From NCBI RefSeq assembly GCF_006345805.1, contig NC_043003.1:78926001-78990000 (forward strand): 64,000 nucleotides of DNA. Reading direction: 5' to 3'. Shown here in pieces: positions 38,440 to 54,870 of the stretch. Under the pieces are notes generated by a model that was not told where the DNA came from, ran no database searches, and saw only the letters and a program-made list of their open reading frames with translations. Both the position numbers and the translations under genes were made by a program. The first letter of the stretch is position 1; every line of letters starts with the position of its first letter. This DNA comes from Octopus sinensis (taxonomy: Eukaryota).

Positions 38440-38870
38440 CACACACGTTGTTCTTGCTGGTGATTTCAGAAAAAAAACTCTGTCTAACCCCCAGAGTGCC
38501 ATCAGTTAATCAGATCAATACCTGCTTGAAAACCTCTCTTTTGTCTGGCCCACCGCTCAACAACTGAGCCTAACCATCAACAGGCGTGTGTGTGTGACTC
38601 ATGACAATGCTGTTGTTGAGTCTGTTATTCCACACTTTAAAGTGGAATTCTTGAAAGGGATTCCAACGACCAAATCCAATTGCCATTCAGCAATATCATT
38701 GAAACAGAGAAAGAACCGAATAAACTGAATGCCAGAATCTTTTCTAACATTCACATCAGACAATGCAATCTTAAATGGCTTTGCGAACGAGCAATCCAAT
38801 CGTGAAAAAATGTCGCTGTAACAGAAATCAACAAAAGTCTGCTGAACATATTGGAGTTTCTTTCATACAT
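38440..38870 (+). mobile_element. Helitron Pif1-like helicase fragment (pseudogenised)
   Basis: VVLAGDFRK, NQINTCLKTSLL, QLSLTINRRV and ARIFSNIHIRQCNLKWLCERAIQS*KNVAVTEINK correspond in order to the Helitron motifs GDFRQ.LP, NACLK.S.LW, L.L..NMR and WL.ERAIL.P.N..V..IN. Confidence 0.75.
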
Positions 38871-39780
38871 CACTTATTTCATCGCTTTTCTTTCTGCTCT
38901 CACAGCAGAGTTCAAATCTAGAACTGCATTTTAGACTTTCGTGTCATTAGGACTTATATGTATTCATATAGACTTCACCGGCTTCATGTCGTTTTCGGTT
39001 ACTTTGGCGCTTATTCCATGTCTGTACTTAACCACGAAAAAAACATTGATCCACGAGTCAACGTCTCACGCCTTTCTTTAACAGTAAACCTTCGTCTGTG
39101 CTTCTTTATGTATTGTGGCACAAACTTCTCGACCGATGTGGAACCCACACTTTGATCTTTTTTTTTTCTTCTCGTCTTGTCTTTCGTTTTGAAGATTACG
39201 CATATAGCTCCTAGTATCTAACTTGGCCCATAAAAGAGACATTATTCTACACAACGTTCAAGGCTGCTTGCAATTGCTCTTTTGGCACACTGGAAAACCC
39301 CCTGTGACTTTTCAGATGCATACATTTGGTATGTTCATTTTTCTCTCTGTTCGATAAGAGACTGGACTAAGGATGCACCATCCCTTGTAATATAGCTCCG
39401 CCAGGCTTAAATTTTCCCCGCCAGATATTTCATATCTAGAGCCCGTCAATTTGAGATAGCACCACAAAAAGAAGGGTGAGGAAAAAAGTTAGAAATGCTC
39501 TTTCTGTCATTCAATTTGAACTGTCCATTCACTTCTTTGCTTGCCGACAGGCGTGTATGTAAATTAATTTTACCCTTTATAATTATTGATATATATATAT
39601 ATATGCCACTATAGCATATATGCATGTAATTTGTGTATGCATATGTATGTATACATATATTTATATTAAAGCTTGTTTTTATGTCATTAAGTCTAAAAGC
39701 AATTTAGCATTAAATTGAAGGATTACTCAATACATTTTACCATATTAAATATTTATTAACATTTTCGAAGAAAAGTTCCA

Positions 39781-39861
39781 TTGTAACTTGAAGTTTCAGC
39801 TTGGTCGCCTTCATCAAACACTTTAATGAAGGTGAGCAAACCGAAACTTTGAAGTCAGTGT
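39781..39861. ncRNA. Back-to-back inverted pair of decayed minimal hammerhead motifs
   Basis: Plus: ACACT TTAATGA A GGT-GAGCAA-ACC GAA ACTT-TG-AAGT C^AGTGT. Minus: TGT TTGATGA A GGC-GACCAA-GCT GAA ACTT-C-AAGT T^ACA. Confidence 0.55.
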
Positions 39862-40684
39862 CAACATTTTTCTTCTTAAATATACCAGGTTGGAAAGGAT
39901 ATCCTGTCGCATTTCAAGATGGGAAATAAATACACGCTTCTTTGGTTTTAATTTATATATTTAAGAAAGATATTATTTCCCTCCCCCCCTCATTATTGAT
40001 AATATGATCCCATTTAATCGGTAATTTGTAGATCCCTCGGGCGTAAAATTTTTCAGGTTTCAGAGCAAAAGGAACAAAAAAAAAAAAACAAACAAAAAAA
40101 AAAAACACTCAGCATCATTTTTAATATCTTCACAAACCATTTTCCCTCCAAATAAGGTTGCAATAATCTGAAAAGATGATAATCAGATGGAACAAGGTTG
40201 GGTGAGTAAGGATGATGAGGCAAAAACTTTCATATTTAGTGTCATGTTTTCCTAGTGATTTGGTGAAATGTAGCCTTGCATTATGGTATAAGTCGCTACA
40301 TAATACACATTTAGTTCCCACTTAGTGTGATATTTCTGGTATATTACGGTTAATTTCTTTTTGCATCTATTATTTGTCCAATAGCGCTCACTCGATCAAT
40401 AAATAAATTTAGCGTAACAGCAGGCACTCAAAGAGTGTGATAGAATTTATAAAGAAATTAGGTATTATAGGTTGATTTAACTTAGCCATAGTCTATGAGA
40501 TATATCGGCGCGGATGTGGCCGTATGGTTGGAACTTTGTCGCCACGTTAGGGTAAGTGTCTTCCACAATAGCACCAAGCCGACATAAGCCTTGTAAGTGG
40601 ATTTGGTTGGCGAAAACTGAAAGAATGCCGTCGTATATAAATGTGTGTGTGTGAGTGTGTGTGTTTGTGTGTGTGTTTGTGTTT

Positions 40685-40760
40685 GTGGAATTCACGATAC
40701 TCTTTGTTATTCACAACGATCGTGGAATTCACGATATTCTTTGTTATTCACAACGATCGT
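40685..40760. repeat. 37-bp tandem duplication (1 mismatch) next to a decayed SINE A 5' half (about 40508-40690)
   Basis: GTGGAATTCACGATA(C/T)TCTTTGTTATTCACAACGATC x2. Confidence 0.9.
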
Positions 40761-41019
40761 TTCAACCTATCTGACATCGGTCCCTCGCGAGTGAGATACT
40801 GTGCATCCTTCGGCGCAGATGTGTCCCGTCAGGTAATGTTTCAAAAGGTACTTCGCTCAATAAACTCGGCGACTGTAGGCAACCAGCTGCAGGCAAATGA
40901 TGATTGCATTATAATAGAACCAAGCAAAACCGAGTTTCACACAGCGCAGACACGACTGTGTCGTTAAGAAGCTCGCATTGTAACTTTGTGTTTCTGTATT
41001 CAGCCGCAGCACGCGGTAC

Positions 41020-41730
41020 CTTGGTCAGGTGCCTTCTACTATAGCCTCGGACTGATCAGTGCCTTATGCATGAATTTGGTTGCGGAAACTGTGTGGAATC
41101 CCATCATATTTAAATGTTTGTGTTTTTGATACTTGTGTTTGTCTCGCTCCCTCACCGCTTCAGAACTGGTGTTGTTTTTCTTGCGTCATGTAAATTAGCA
41201 GCTCGGCAAAAGAATCCGATAAAATAAGTACCAGACTTTAAAATAAGTACAGGAGTGGCTGTGTGGTAAGTAGCTTGCTTACCAACCACATGGTTCCGGG
41301 TTCTGTCCCACTGCGTGACACCTTGGGCAAGTGTCTTCTACTATAGCCTCGGGCCGACCAAAGCCTTGTGAGTGGATTTGGTAGACGTAAACTGAAAGAA
41401 GCCCGTCGTATATATGTATATATATATGTGTGTGTATGTTTGAGTGTCTGTGTTTGTCCCCCTAGCATTGCTTGACAACCGATGCTGGTGTGTTTACGTC
41501 CCCGTCACTTAGCGGTTCGGCAAAAGAGAGCGATAGAATAAGTACTGGGCTTACAAAGAATAAGTCCCGGGGTCGATTTGCTCGACTAAAGGCGGTGCTC
41601 CAGCATGGCCGCAGTCAAATGACTGAAACAAGTAAAAGAGAGAGTAAAGAGGGGTCAATTTGTTTGACAAAAGATTCCAGAGCGATACTCCAGGATGGGA
41701 TGGCCACAGTCCAATAACTGAAGCAAAATT
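41020..41730 (+). mobile_element. Old SINE A interrupted by a young full-length SINE A (41252-41650)
   Basis: The old copy breaks after AAATAAGTAC and resumes at GGGGTCAATTTG. Confidence 0.88.
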
Positions 41731-42464
41731 ACACAAGCTGGAAATCAAATGCGTATGATTTAGCGAATAGCAGAAAACCACCCGGTAGACGATATTTCTG
41801 CCAGCATTAGTGTATATAAGAGAAAGATTAGGATATCAGTATAACATAAGTTTAATGACGATTACAATTGTTTAAACAGCATTCCGTTTCACACTACATT
41901 ACACGTAAATGATTATGGGTGATAAATTACACAAGTCTTGTATAAATTATAGACGGTTGAAATCATGAAGAATGCAATCCTCTTCAGGCACCGATTAATC
42001 TAGTTATCATGCATGATATCCTGTATGATAAATACATTAGTAAGTGCTTGGTGCCGATGAAATTTCCACGATTCCGAGCATCTATAACTTATACAGTTCT
42101 CGTGAAATTAATAACATAATTATCTATGTATAATGTGGTGTGAAACGGAATGCTATTAAACCAATTGTAGTCGCTATTAAACTTACGTTATACTTTATCT
42201 TTATCGTTTTCCTTTATTTTTCTCTGTGAATATACTTAGCAATTCTTATTATCGGTGGTATGTATCTTGATTTCCTGTACCTCTTGGCTTTAATTTTATG
42301 GAATCATCACTTTAAAATTCAAATTTGAACATGTAGGTAGCCGAGAATTCGTATTCTGTACTGCATGAGGTGTACGCCAAGAATTTACTAAATCCAAATT
42401 TACCGTATTTATTTACACATTTACTTTATGCATCAATTTACCTCAAGTATATAAAAGCCATTTG

Positions 42465-42668
42465 TTGAATCGTTAGCTCCTGCACGCATTTTTTTCTCTC
42501 CTTGTTTCTCTCCGTGTTTCTTTTCTGTGTATCTTTCTGTTGAAGAGCGTAGGCTCGAAACATAAAAGACTTGTTTTATTTCTATTCCTGAGCGCCATAC
42601 TAATACAATTGTTTGTTTGTAATCCACCTGCCTTCGTCTTTTGTTTATTTTCGTAAAGCTTCCCGTTA
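42465..42668 (+). mobile_element. Family F PLE-type terminus with hammerhead-like motif (42532-42569)
   Basis: TCTTT CTGTTGA A GAGC GTAG GCTC GAAAC ATA AAAGA; the 3' end runs into (TA)n. Confidence 0.6.
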
Positions 42669-42680
42669 TATATATATATA

Positions 42681-43051
42681 CTCTTTTACTCTTTTACTTG
42701 TTTCGTCATTTGACTGTGGCTATGCTGGAGCACCACCTTTAGTCGAGCAAATCGCCCCCAGAACTTATTCTTTGTAAACCTAGTACTTATTCTATCGGTC
42801 TCTTTTGCCGAACCGCTAAGTTACGGGGACGTAAACACACCAGCATCGGTTGGGGAACAAACATATACACACACACACATATATATACATATATACGACG
42901 GGCTTCTTTCAGTTTCCTCTACCAAATCCACTCACAAGGCTTTGGTCGGCCCGAGGCTATAGTAGAAGACACTTGCCCAAGGTGCCACGCAGTGGGACTG
43001 AACCCAGAACCATGTAGTTCGTAAGCAAGCTACTTACCACGCAGCCACTCC
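42681..43051 (-). mobile_element. SINE A, near full length
   Basis: Complete head and tail on the minus strand. Confidence 0.92.
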
Positions 43052-43074
43052 TAAGCCTATATATATATGCATAA

Positions 43075-43190
<116 letters not shown>

Positions 43191-44629
43191 CCAAGGAGTT
43201 TTCGTTAACTGACGTCAAGTAATAAGTATGTACTATGAGTGGTTAGTTTTGTTTACCATTAAAACCCCGGCTTGAACTGCAACTGAAAAATGTGACGTTA
43301 AGACTGCCTATCCGAAGGTGGCTAGAAGTGGTTTCTCCTTGAGCAGGAGGATATCGATTAAAATATATACGTATATACACTTGGACCGGTTTCTAGTTTG
43401 ACATACTGTCTTACCTTCTTAATATCCAAATACTAAGAAATATATAGCATTGGGTTATATAGTTATGTGAAGAATGCTTTCTGCCCGTTCACCCGACTAG
43501 GGTTAATTTTCAGTGTTATTATTGATGGTTTAAATGAGGATTTTAACTTATATTTCTAGCAGGCAGGCACATTTGTGTGCCCTTATGATAGATATAAATT
43601 TTAATTCTGCAGCTATGTAATGCTATTTTAGGCCAGCAACCACCTATATTATTGATGTTATAACTATGATAACATTTATATAAATACTCACTCCTGAATA
43701 CATGCTTCTTATTGGTATGTGTGTGCGTGTGTGCGTGTGTGTATTTTATCTTTTATTTCTTAATTCTTTCAGTCATTGGACTGCATTCATGCTAGGGTAC
43801 CGCTTTTGCGTCTTTACTAGAACAAACCAACATCAGTGCTTGTTTTTCTAAAAGTCTAGAACTTATTCTATCGGCTTCTTTTGCCCAGCTGCTAGGCTAC
43901 GAAGGCGTAAACAAGCGGCGGTAAACAAACACAAAACGCAATGACACTCAAATACATACACACACATTCATCTAAGTGTGGCTGCATTTGGCTATATAAG
44001 TCCTGGGGTCAATTTGTTCGATTAAAACCCTTCAAGGCGATGCCACTGTATGACCGCAACCAAGTAAAATATAAAAGATAAACGATTTATACACACAATA
44101 TATAAACGATATAAAAGATAAACGATTTATACACACGCATGTACACACACACACGCTCACACAATATCTGCTGTCTACATCTCACTCGCAACACTGCCTC
44201 ATGAAGGTCACTGCTATTCCTCACTTCCACACTAACCATAGTGATATCCGTTTGGGCAGCTGACGACGGCAATGCACATATTTTACTCGACTGTGAATTT
44301 CTTATACCTTACTCTCGTTATTCTGGGTTGTCCTTCATAGTAGAATATATTTGCCCAATACGCTGCAGTATGGGACTGAACACGAAACCAGATAGGTACA
44401 AAGAAAGTTTCTCAAACAGACAGCCGTTTCTGTGCATGAAGCTAAAGAGTGATGCACAAACATTCAACTATAAGTGTATTGCACCTTATAGCAGAAACAG
44501 CTATAAGCTAATGAAGTTCAAATTCAGGACATAATTTCTTTATCATTTTAATTTCATATTATTGCTCTGTAATCGGCTTATTCCTTGTTCTGAAGCATAT
44601 GTGTATTGAGTTCTAATACCAGGTTATTA

Positions 44630-45993
44630 ATATAGCTATGCCTAAGCAAAATAATTGACAAGAAAATCCATAAGCTGCTGACATGCAATAAGATGCACTA
44701 CCTAAAGGCAGGCGCAGATCATCTTTACTTTCTCAGAGCCCAAAGAGACAGAGGCTTGATCTAATTTGAAATCTCTTACAAAACCACCACAGTTGAACTG
44801 GCTAAATATCTTGAAACATCTAACGACTGGATGCTAAAACTTATTGAAAACCACGAGAGACGCAAGAAGCTTCATTCTGTCATGAAGGAGAGCCAAAAAT
44901 TTGCTAGTGAATTCATGCAAAATTCCTAGGTTGAACAGCATGATGGAAGTGCGACAACTGTTGTTGCAAAGAAGGTGAAATTAATAGCAAAGCAAAATGC
45001 ACTTGAACAACTGGCTGAAAGGTGGGAACAAAAACCTCTGCATGGCAAATATGTGGCACGTAGCAAACAAGCTGATGTAGACCAGAAGCACACCCTTCAA
45101 TGGCTACAAAGCTCAGGATTAAAGGCAGAGAGCGAAAGTTTTATCTTAACTGCTCAAGATCAGCTTATTGACCCCGGAACTACCAAGCCAATGTGATGAA
45201 AAATGGAGTAGACTCAAAGTGCTGATAGTGCAACGATGGAGTTGAAACAGTGGACCACGTAATCTCTGAATGTAAGGTTTTAGCACCAGTAGAGTACAAA
45301 TCAACACATGTCAGCGTTGGCCAACACTGGATAATATATCGGCATTATAAAATCATAACTACTGACAAATGGTACAAACACCACCCGGAGGCTGTATCTG
45401 AGGGAGGAAAATGTAATGATTGATTGGGCCTTGCCAGTTCATACAGACCAGACCATCAAAGCTAATAAATCAGATATTGTTGTGAAAGAACAAAACAATA
45501 AAATCTGCTTATTAATTGACATGAGCATATCTTGTGACCATAATATCTCGGCAAAAGAATGTGATAAGCTCAGAAAATATAAAGATTTGCTGATTGAAAT
45601 TGAAAAAATACCAGTGATTGTAGGAGCATTTGGAATGATCAAAGAAAGAACTGAAAATTATTTGAAGATAATCTCTGACTTACAATCCACGCAGGAATTG
45701 CAAAAGATAGTCTTCAATGGTACGTCACACGTATCGAGAAGAGCATTGTCGCTGTGAATTTTCTTTTCTTTTCTCCTTTCTTTTCTTTGTTTTGTTTTCT
45801 TTTCAGTTTTTATTCTTTCTTTCTTTCCTTTTTCTCTCTGTCTTTCTTCCCCTTCTTTTTCTATCATATGGCTTTTTAAATGAACATTCTAGAGTGTTTA
45901 TTTTACTGGCCTACCAATGTATACAGTGAGTTTCTTTGCTCTAAGTGATGGGAAGACACGCGGCAAGAAATGGAAACAAAGTTGAAAGAAGAC
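44630..45993 (+). mobile_element. R4/Dong-like LINE 3' part with (AAT)n tail
   Basis: KPLHGKY, QWLQSSGLKAESESFILTAQDQ, ETVDHVISECK, IKANKSDIVV...CLLIDMSISCD, IPVIVGAFGMI, LQKIVFNGTSHVSRRAL; the 3' UTR end resembles 54516-54556. Confidence 0.9.
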
Positions 45994-46026
45994 AATAATA
46001 ATAATAATAATAACAATAATAATAAC

Positions 46027-46080
<54 letters not shown>

Positions 46081-46105
46081 AAGAAGAAGAAGAAGAAGAA
46101 GAATG

Positions 46106-46175
<70 letters not shown>

Positions 46176-46189
46176 TGATGATGATAATA

Positions 46190-46229
<40 letters not shown>

Positions 46230-46260
46230 GATGATGATGATATGTATATGTATATATATG
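45994..46260. repeat. (AAT)n/(AAG)n/(GAT)n
   Basis: Read directly. Confidence 0.97.
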
Positions 46261-46647
46261 CGTGTGTGCGTGTGTGTATTTGGCATTAATAAAATACCAA
46301 AAATATATGTGGTATGTTATGCTTTAGAAAACATACACCTGTTTCGTAACTTAACTGCCATGATTATATAATTTGCTTGTTGAAATTTTATATAATCAGA
46401 TTACATAAACCAGCTCGTCAGGGTTTATCGATAAAATATCCCTGGTATTTTCCTAAATTTTTAATTATGTTTTTATTGAATGCTTTACTTGTTTTCTGCA
46501 TTTTATTAACATCGTTCTGTGTCACATGCTCTGTACGCTAGTCAATTCCGCAACCTGATAACTCGTGCCATACTGCACTGGATATAGGAGAGGCGTGCGG
46601 GACGTACTACCAAGCCCGAACTTTGGTTAGTGACACGCTTCACAGCG

Positions 46648-46716
<69 letters not shown>

Positions 46717-46806
46717 ACACCACACACACAACAACACACAGCGCATGCATACGCATACACACACTCACATTCATACATACATATATATATGTGCGTGTAT
46801 CGCAAG

Positions 46807-46849
<43 letters not shown>

Positions 46850-46879
46850 TGTATTATATATATATATATATATATATGT

Positions 46880-46919
<40 letters not shown>

Positions 46920-46920
<1 letters not shown>

Positions 46921-47215
46921 ATCAAAATAAGCAACAAGGATATCCAGAGGTAATGCAGTACGATAATGCAGTAACTTCTCTGCTGGAGTGGACACAGCAT
47001 GTTCTTTGTCTATCTCCTTGACTTCTTGGAGATTTTAGGTATAATTATATATACTGTGTCCATCTGTTCTAATTTAATTAAATTCTATGTCTTTGTGCAG
47101 CTGAGGATTGCCCTACATTTTAAATTGATGTAATGATTGCATTATTCAATTAAATGGGTTGCATGAAATAATCGTACTGCATTACCTCTGGATATCCTTG
47201 TTCTTTATTTTGATT
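46920..47215 (+). mobile_element. Fold-back element with 45-bp inverted arms and hammerhead-like motif (47095-47182)
   Basis: Arms 46920-46964 / 47171-47215; GTGCAG CTGAGGA TTGCCC...GGGTTGCAT GAA ATAATCGT A^CTGCAT. Confidence 0.6.
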
Positions 47216-47294
47216 TTAATCACCTTACTTTGAAATTGTATGGATAATACCGTACTAAATTCTGGTGCCTCAACTTAAGTACCATATTCATCTG

Positions 47295-49900
<2,606 letters not shown>

Positions 49901-50156
49901 AACTACGAAAACAAGAAAAACTGCTGAAAACAACGCTAAGAAAGTGTGTAGTAAGAATTGATTGCTCCTTAGGAGTTCACATGAAGACTGCAAGGGATGT
50001 GATGTTTGATGGACGGCGATGGAGCGGTTTTGGGTGTTGTAGCGGGAAGGGAAATGGTGGGGAGAGTGTGAGATTTGGAGCGGTAGATGGGGGGTGGGGT
50101 TGTTGAGACACATGGTGAGACATAGTGAGATGCTGAGAGATAGAGCGAGATAGAGC

Positions 50157-50189
<33 letters not shown>

Positions 50190-50281
50190 GCGGCAGAGAA
50201 TAAGGGAAGGAAGGAGACAAGCAAATATATACATATATATATGTATATATACATATATGTACACACAAACACACATATATG

Positions 50282-50381
50282 NNNNNNNNNNNNNNNNNNN
50301 NNNNNNNNNNNNNNNNNNNNNNNNNNNNNNNNNNNNNNNNNNNNNNNNNNNNNNNNNNNNNNNNNNNNNNNNNNNNNNNNN
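50282..50381. other. Assembly gap (100 N)
   Basis: Run of N; true size unknown. Confidence 0.99.
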
Positions 50382-50529
50382 ACATATATATTCTATATAT
50401 ATACTTACATATACGTACAAACATACACACTCACTCTCCCTCTCTCCCTCTCTCTCACACATACACACATGCACACATACACCAATCTCGAAAGAATTCC
50501 GTTATGTGGTTCTGAACGACAAATATTTA

Positions 50530-51480
50530 CGAGAGTGGCAGGCGGCTGCAAGTTCATAGTCTGACTATGCAGGAGTGATGCTAGAGCTGTGAAATCTTGC
50601 ATGCATTAATTTCAACTTTTCTTATTAATAACTGCATTGTTTCTTTCCAGGTAAACTGACATCCCACAGTTCAAAGATGACCTCAAAAGTAACTAGTAGC
50701 ACTTCACTTGAAAATGGACAAAATTTGGCATCATGGTGTTATCAAGTACCTGCAGAAAAGGGGTTTAGATGACAAGGACATTCATGCTGACATGGTTGCT
50801 ACATTAGAGGATGATGCTCCTGCTTTATCAACTGTGAAAAAGTTTCGGAGGGGAAGTGAGAGTCTTGGAGATGACCCAAGGTCTGGACGTCTTGCAAATC
50901 CAACCACCAAGGAAAACATTGATCGTGTTCACCACATGGTCATGGATGACAGACGGTTGTCCATAAAATCAAATAGCCAATGCTATTAGCATACCCTGTG
51001 AGAGAGTAGAGAATATTTTGCACAATGAATTTGGAATGACGATACATGATCTCATCACGGGAAAATCTAACATAGTCTGAAGCAGATCCAGCTGGTTTAC
51101 TTGAAAGTTTCCTAAGCTAGGATGAGTGTCTGGTTCATTACATCGATCCAGAGACAAAGACACAATCCATGCAGTGGAAACACTCCCCATCACCTGCTCT
51201 AAAAAAAGCCAACGTCGAGTCATTCGCAGGGAATATGATGGCCTGTTTTTCGGGATATAAAAGGTACTGTGTTTATTGACTATCTTCAAAAGGGCATACC
51301 ATCATTAGAGAGTACTGTGCCCACTGGCTGAGGCAATTACGAAGGGCTATCGAGACCAAATGCTATGGAAAACTGACGAAAAGAGCCTTGTTTAATCAAG
51401 ATAATGTCTTTGGTTTCAATGGCTGCTGTGCGTGACTGTGGATCGGAACTGGTTGTTCACTCATCCGTGTCTCCTGTACC
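50530..51480 (+). mobile_element. Decayed mariner (DD34D-type) transposon
   Basis: GVIKYLQKRGL..KDIHADMVATLEDDAPALSTVKK, LGDDPRSGR, DECLVHYIDPETKTQSMQWKH, VFIDYLQKG, LFNQDN; TIR-like start TA|CGAGAG...AAGTTCATAG. Confidence 0.9.
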
Positions 51481-51821
51481 TTCGGCAGGAGGAAATAAGT
51501 CTTCAAACTGGAGACTTAGTCCCAATATCTGCGGCAAATTGGTTGGTCTACGTTAAAGGCATTCAAGGGCCAACTAGTGGTGTTAAACCGAGTAACAGAT
51601 TAAGACTACCACAAAATAATAAAAAGGACCGCCCCCCAACAGGCTCCCATACAGTCGTTGTCTACCAAATTTCGTTCACAAAATTTTGATCGAATCGAAG
51701 TCATGGTAAGTAATAGTCAAAGGGCTGTGTAAGACGGTAAATTCTTAAACATAGAGCTATGTCCAAAGCATTAGTGAAGCTAATTTTAGAAACCGCTCCA
51801 AATACATGCGCAGATAGGATT

Positions 51822-51971
51822 CCCAACCATGTGGGCGTAAGGTTCAGTCCCATTCATTACGAGGCAGCTTGGGCCGATCACAGACTTGTAAGAGGATCAC
51901 AGCCTTGTGAGTGGATTTGGTTGACGTAAACTAAAACAAATCCATCGTATACATACGTGCATACATACCTA

Positions 51972-52004
<33 letters not shown>

Positions 52005-52347
52005 CTGTCTCTCTCTCCCTCTCCCTCTCTCCCCTCTCCCTCTCTCTCTCTCTCTATCATATATATATATATATATACACATACATGTGTGTGTGTGTGT
52101 GTGTGTGTCTATGCATGTATATATTTATATATGTCTGTGCCTTTGTATTTGTCCCCACCACTATTTGAGAACCGATATTGGTATATTCATATATTTATGT
52201 CCCCCGTAACTTAAAGGTTCGGCAAAAGAGTCCAATAAAATAAGTTCCTAGCTTAAAAGAAATTACGGGTGTTTATTTGTTCGACTAAAACTTACCGGGT
52301 AGTGCACTAGCATGGCCGCAGTTCAAAGACAGAAATTAGTAAAAGAT
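51822..52347 (+). mobile_element. SINE A, old copy with about 190-bp expanded internal microsatellite
   Basis: Head and 3' half are separated by (TACA)(CT)(TA)(TG) tracts. Confidence 0.75.
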
Positions 52348-53324
52348 TTAGATTTACGCAAACAGCACTCAAGTTATATTGTTGGAGAGAAAAAAAGAGC
52401 GGTTTTTTTTTTTCGCGTCCTCAAATGTATCAGAAAACTGGGAAGGTTTCATTTCAGTATAAAACTCACACATCCAGTACCACTACCAACCCCACCACCA
52501 TCACTACAAGCAGCTTATAAACTTCTGTTCTATGGAGAAGAAATCTATTGATTTCCTGCCCTTTCAATATGATACGCAAACCTTTTCTCAGGTTCACGTT
52601 GTCGGTTTGGACATCTGCACATTAAAAAGAAAAAAAAAATCCCTCCTTCTGCTGTCGTAGTTCTAACTTCTCCGAGTCGTCTACTTTCCGGCCCCTAGGG
52701 ACTAAGGAATACATTTTAAGAGCATTTCTTCTTTTTTTTTTTTTTTTTCTTTTCAATGTCTGACAATCCATGCCACGCTTCATCCCCTACCTCACACGAC
52801 GGGATATCACAGCGAGTTAAAATGGAGAGATCCCAAAACACACTATGATACAGTAGACAGAGCCTTAAACGCCCCTGTTCTTTTTTTTGGCTCATTCTTC
52901 CACCTGTGTGTCTATTTCACAATCATTATTGTTATTGTTGTTCGTTGTGGTGGTGGTGTTGACAGTGGTGGCGATGGTTTTGGTGGTGATGTCGGTGGCG
53001 GTGACTGATGTTACTGCTACTGCGGCTTTGGTTGATTCTGCACCACAATCTACGGAGGTGCCAGTCAGTGGTCACTTCTACTACTGGTCTTAATGTTATT
53101 TTCATGGTGGAAGTGTTGGCAAACCTCTTTAAGAGTTGACCTTGTAACAGCTGTTGTGCCTGTACCGGAAATAAAACCTTTAAGTGGTTCCACATGTGAA
53201 ACACGGAGGATTCCTAATCTTCTAATTACGCATCATACATGAGTCTAGAGCTGTTTCTTATTCTTTTGAAGATTTTCATGTCTAAGTAATATATGTAGTA
53301 GTAGTAGTAGTAGTAGTAGTAGTA

Positions 53325-53356
<32 letters not shown>

Positions 53357-53426
53357 TTGTTGTTGTTGAGTAAAGTTGAATGTGAATAAAAACTTCGAAA
53401 TAAAGGTGTGATGTTTAGATCTATTG

Positions 53427-53801
53427 TTTTACCCTTTTACTTGTTTCACTCATTTGACTGCGGCCATGCTGGAGCACCGCCTTCAGTCGAGCAAATCCAC
53501 CCCAGGACTTATTCTTTGTAAGCCTAGTACTTATTCTATCAGTCTATTTTGCCGGACCGCTGAGTGACGGGAACGTAAACACATCACGTAAACACAGACA
53601 CGCAAACATACACACACACATATATATATACATATATACGACAGGCTTCTTTCAGTTTCCGTCAACCAAATCCACTCACAAGGCTTTGGTTGACCCGAGG
53701 CTATAGTAGAAGACACTTACCCAAGATGCCACGCAGTAGGACTGAACCCGGAACCATGTGGTTGGTAAGCAAGCTACTTACCACACAGCCACTCCTGCGC
53801 C
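53427..53801 (-). mobile_element. SINE A, near full length
   Basis: Matches the family consensus seen in other copies. Confidence 0.9.
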
Positions 53802-53896
53802 TATTGTTTCATAGATAGAAGAAAAAAACATATTTCTACCCAACTAAGGACGATATTCCGTACTGCAGCAAGCAGGCTGTTTAATTTTAGTGTACC

Positions 53897-54127
53897 TATT
53901 TCTTTATTACCCACAAGGGGCTAAACATAGAGGGAACAAACAAGGACAGGCATAGGTATTAAGTCGATTATATCGACCCAAGTGCGTAACTGGTACTTAA
54001 TTTATCGACCCAGAAAGGATGAAAGGCAAAGTCGACCTCGGCGGAATTTGAACTCACAACGTAACGACAGACGAAATACCGCTCAGCATTTCGCCCGGTG
54101 TGCTAACGTTTCTGCCAGCTCTCTGCC
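53897..54127 (-). mobile_element. SINE B monomer with 16-bp TSD
   Basis: TTAATTTTAGTGTACC at 53881-53896 and 54128-54143. Confidence 0.93.
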
Positions 54128-54565
54128 TTAATTTTAGTGTACCGTTTTACAGCTTGGACATATACTCTGTCCATTCTCCAGTCTGCAGATTCTGCAGGCT
54201 GCCTGTCCAAGACATTCTCGGCCAGTTAGTGTTCTTGTGCAGTTATATTTACTAGTGTTCATCTGAGTACAGCATTTAGGGCAAATGAATCTATTGATAC
54301 TGCAGGTACCTCTGAATATATGTTGTTTGCTATAAGTGAGAAATATAGTGATTTTAAGATGGGGTTGTAATGTTCAGAAATGTTGTCATTGTGCGTGAGT
54401 GTATTCTTCATCAACCCTAAGAAATATTCTTGTGATTTGAAGAGACGTGTTGTCACCAAACCTCATGACAATATCCTTGATAATAAATATAGCATATAAT
54501 AGTTTGACTAATTTATTCAATTTGTCACGGATAAAATAGAAACAAAATTGAAAGAAGAAAAACTA

Positions 54566-54870
<305 letters not shown>

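Noticed and set aside
38599-38799. Minus-strand 66-aa ORF as a host exon
   Set aside because: Better explained as the antisense of the Helitron helicase fragment.
39120-39160. WVPH peptide on the minus strand suggesting mariner
   Set aside because: No other mariner motifs could be found in register.
40685-40760. 37-bp repeats as a CRISPR-like array
   Set aside because: Two adjacent copies with no spacer in eukaryotic DNA; a simple tandem duplication.
43381-43425. GAAACCGGTC with a paired stem II on the minus strand
   Set aside because: The core reads ATTAAGA and stem I is out of register; possibly a relic but not callable.
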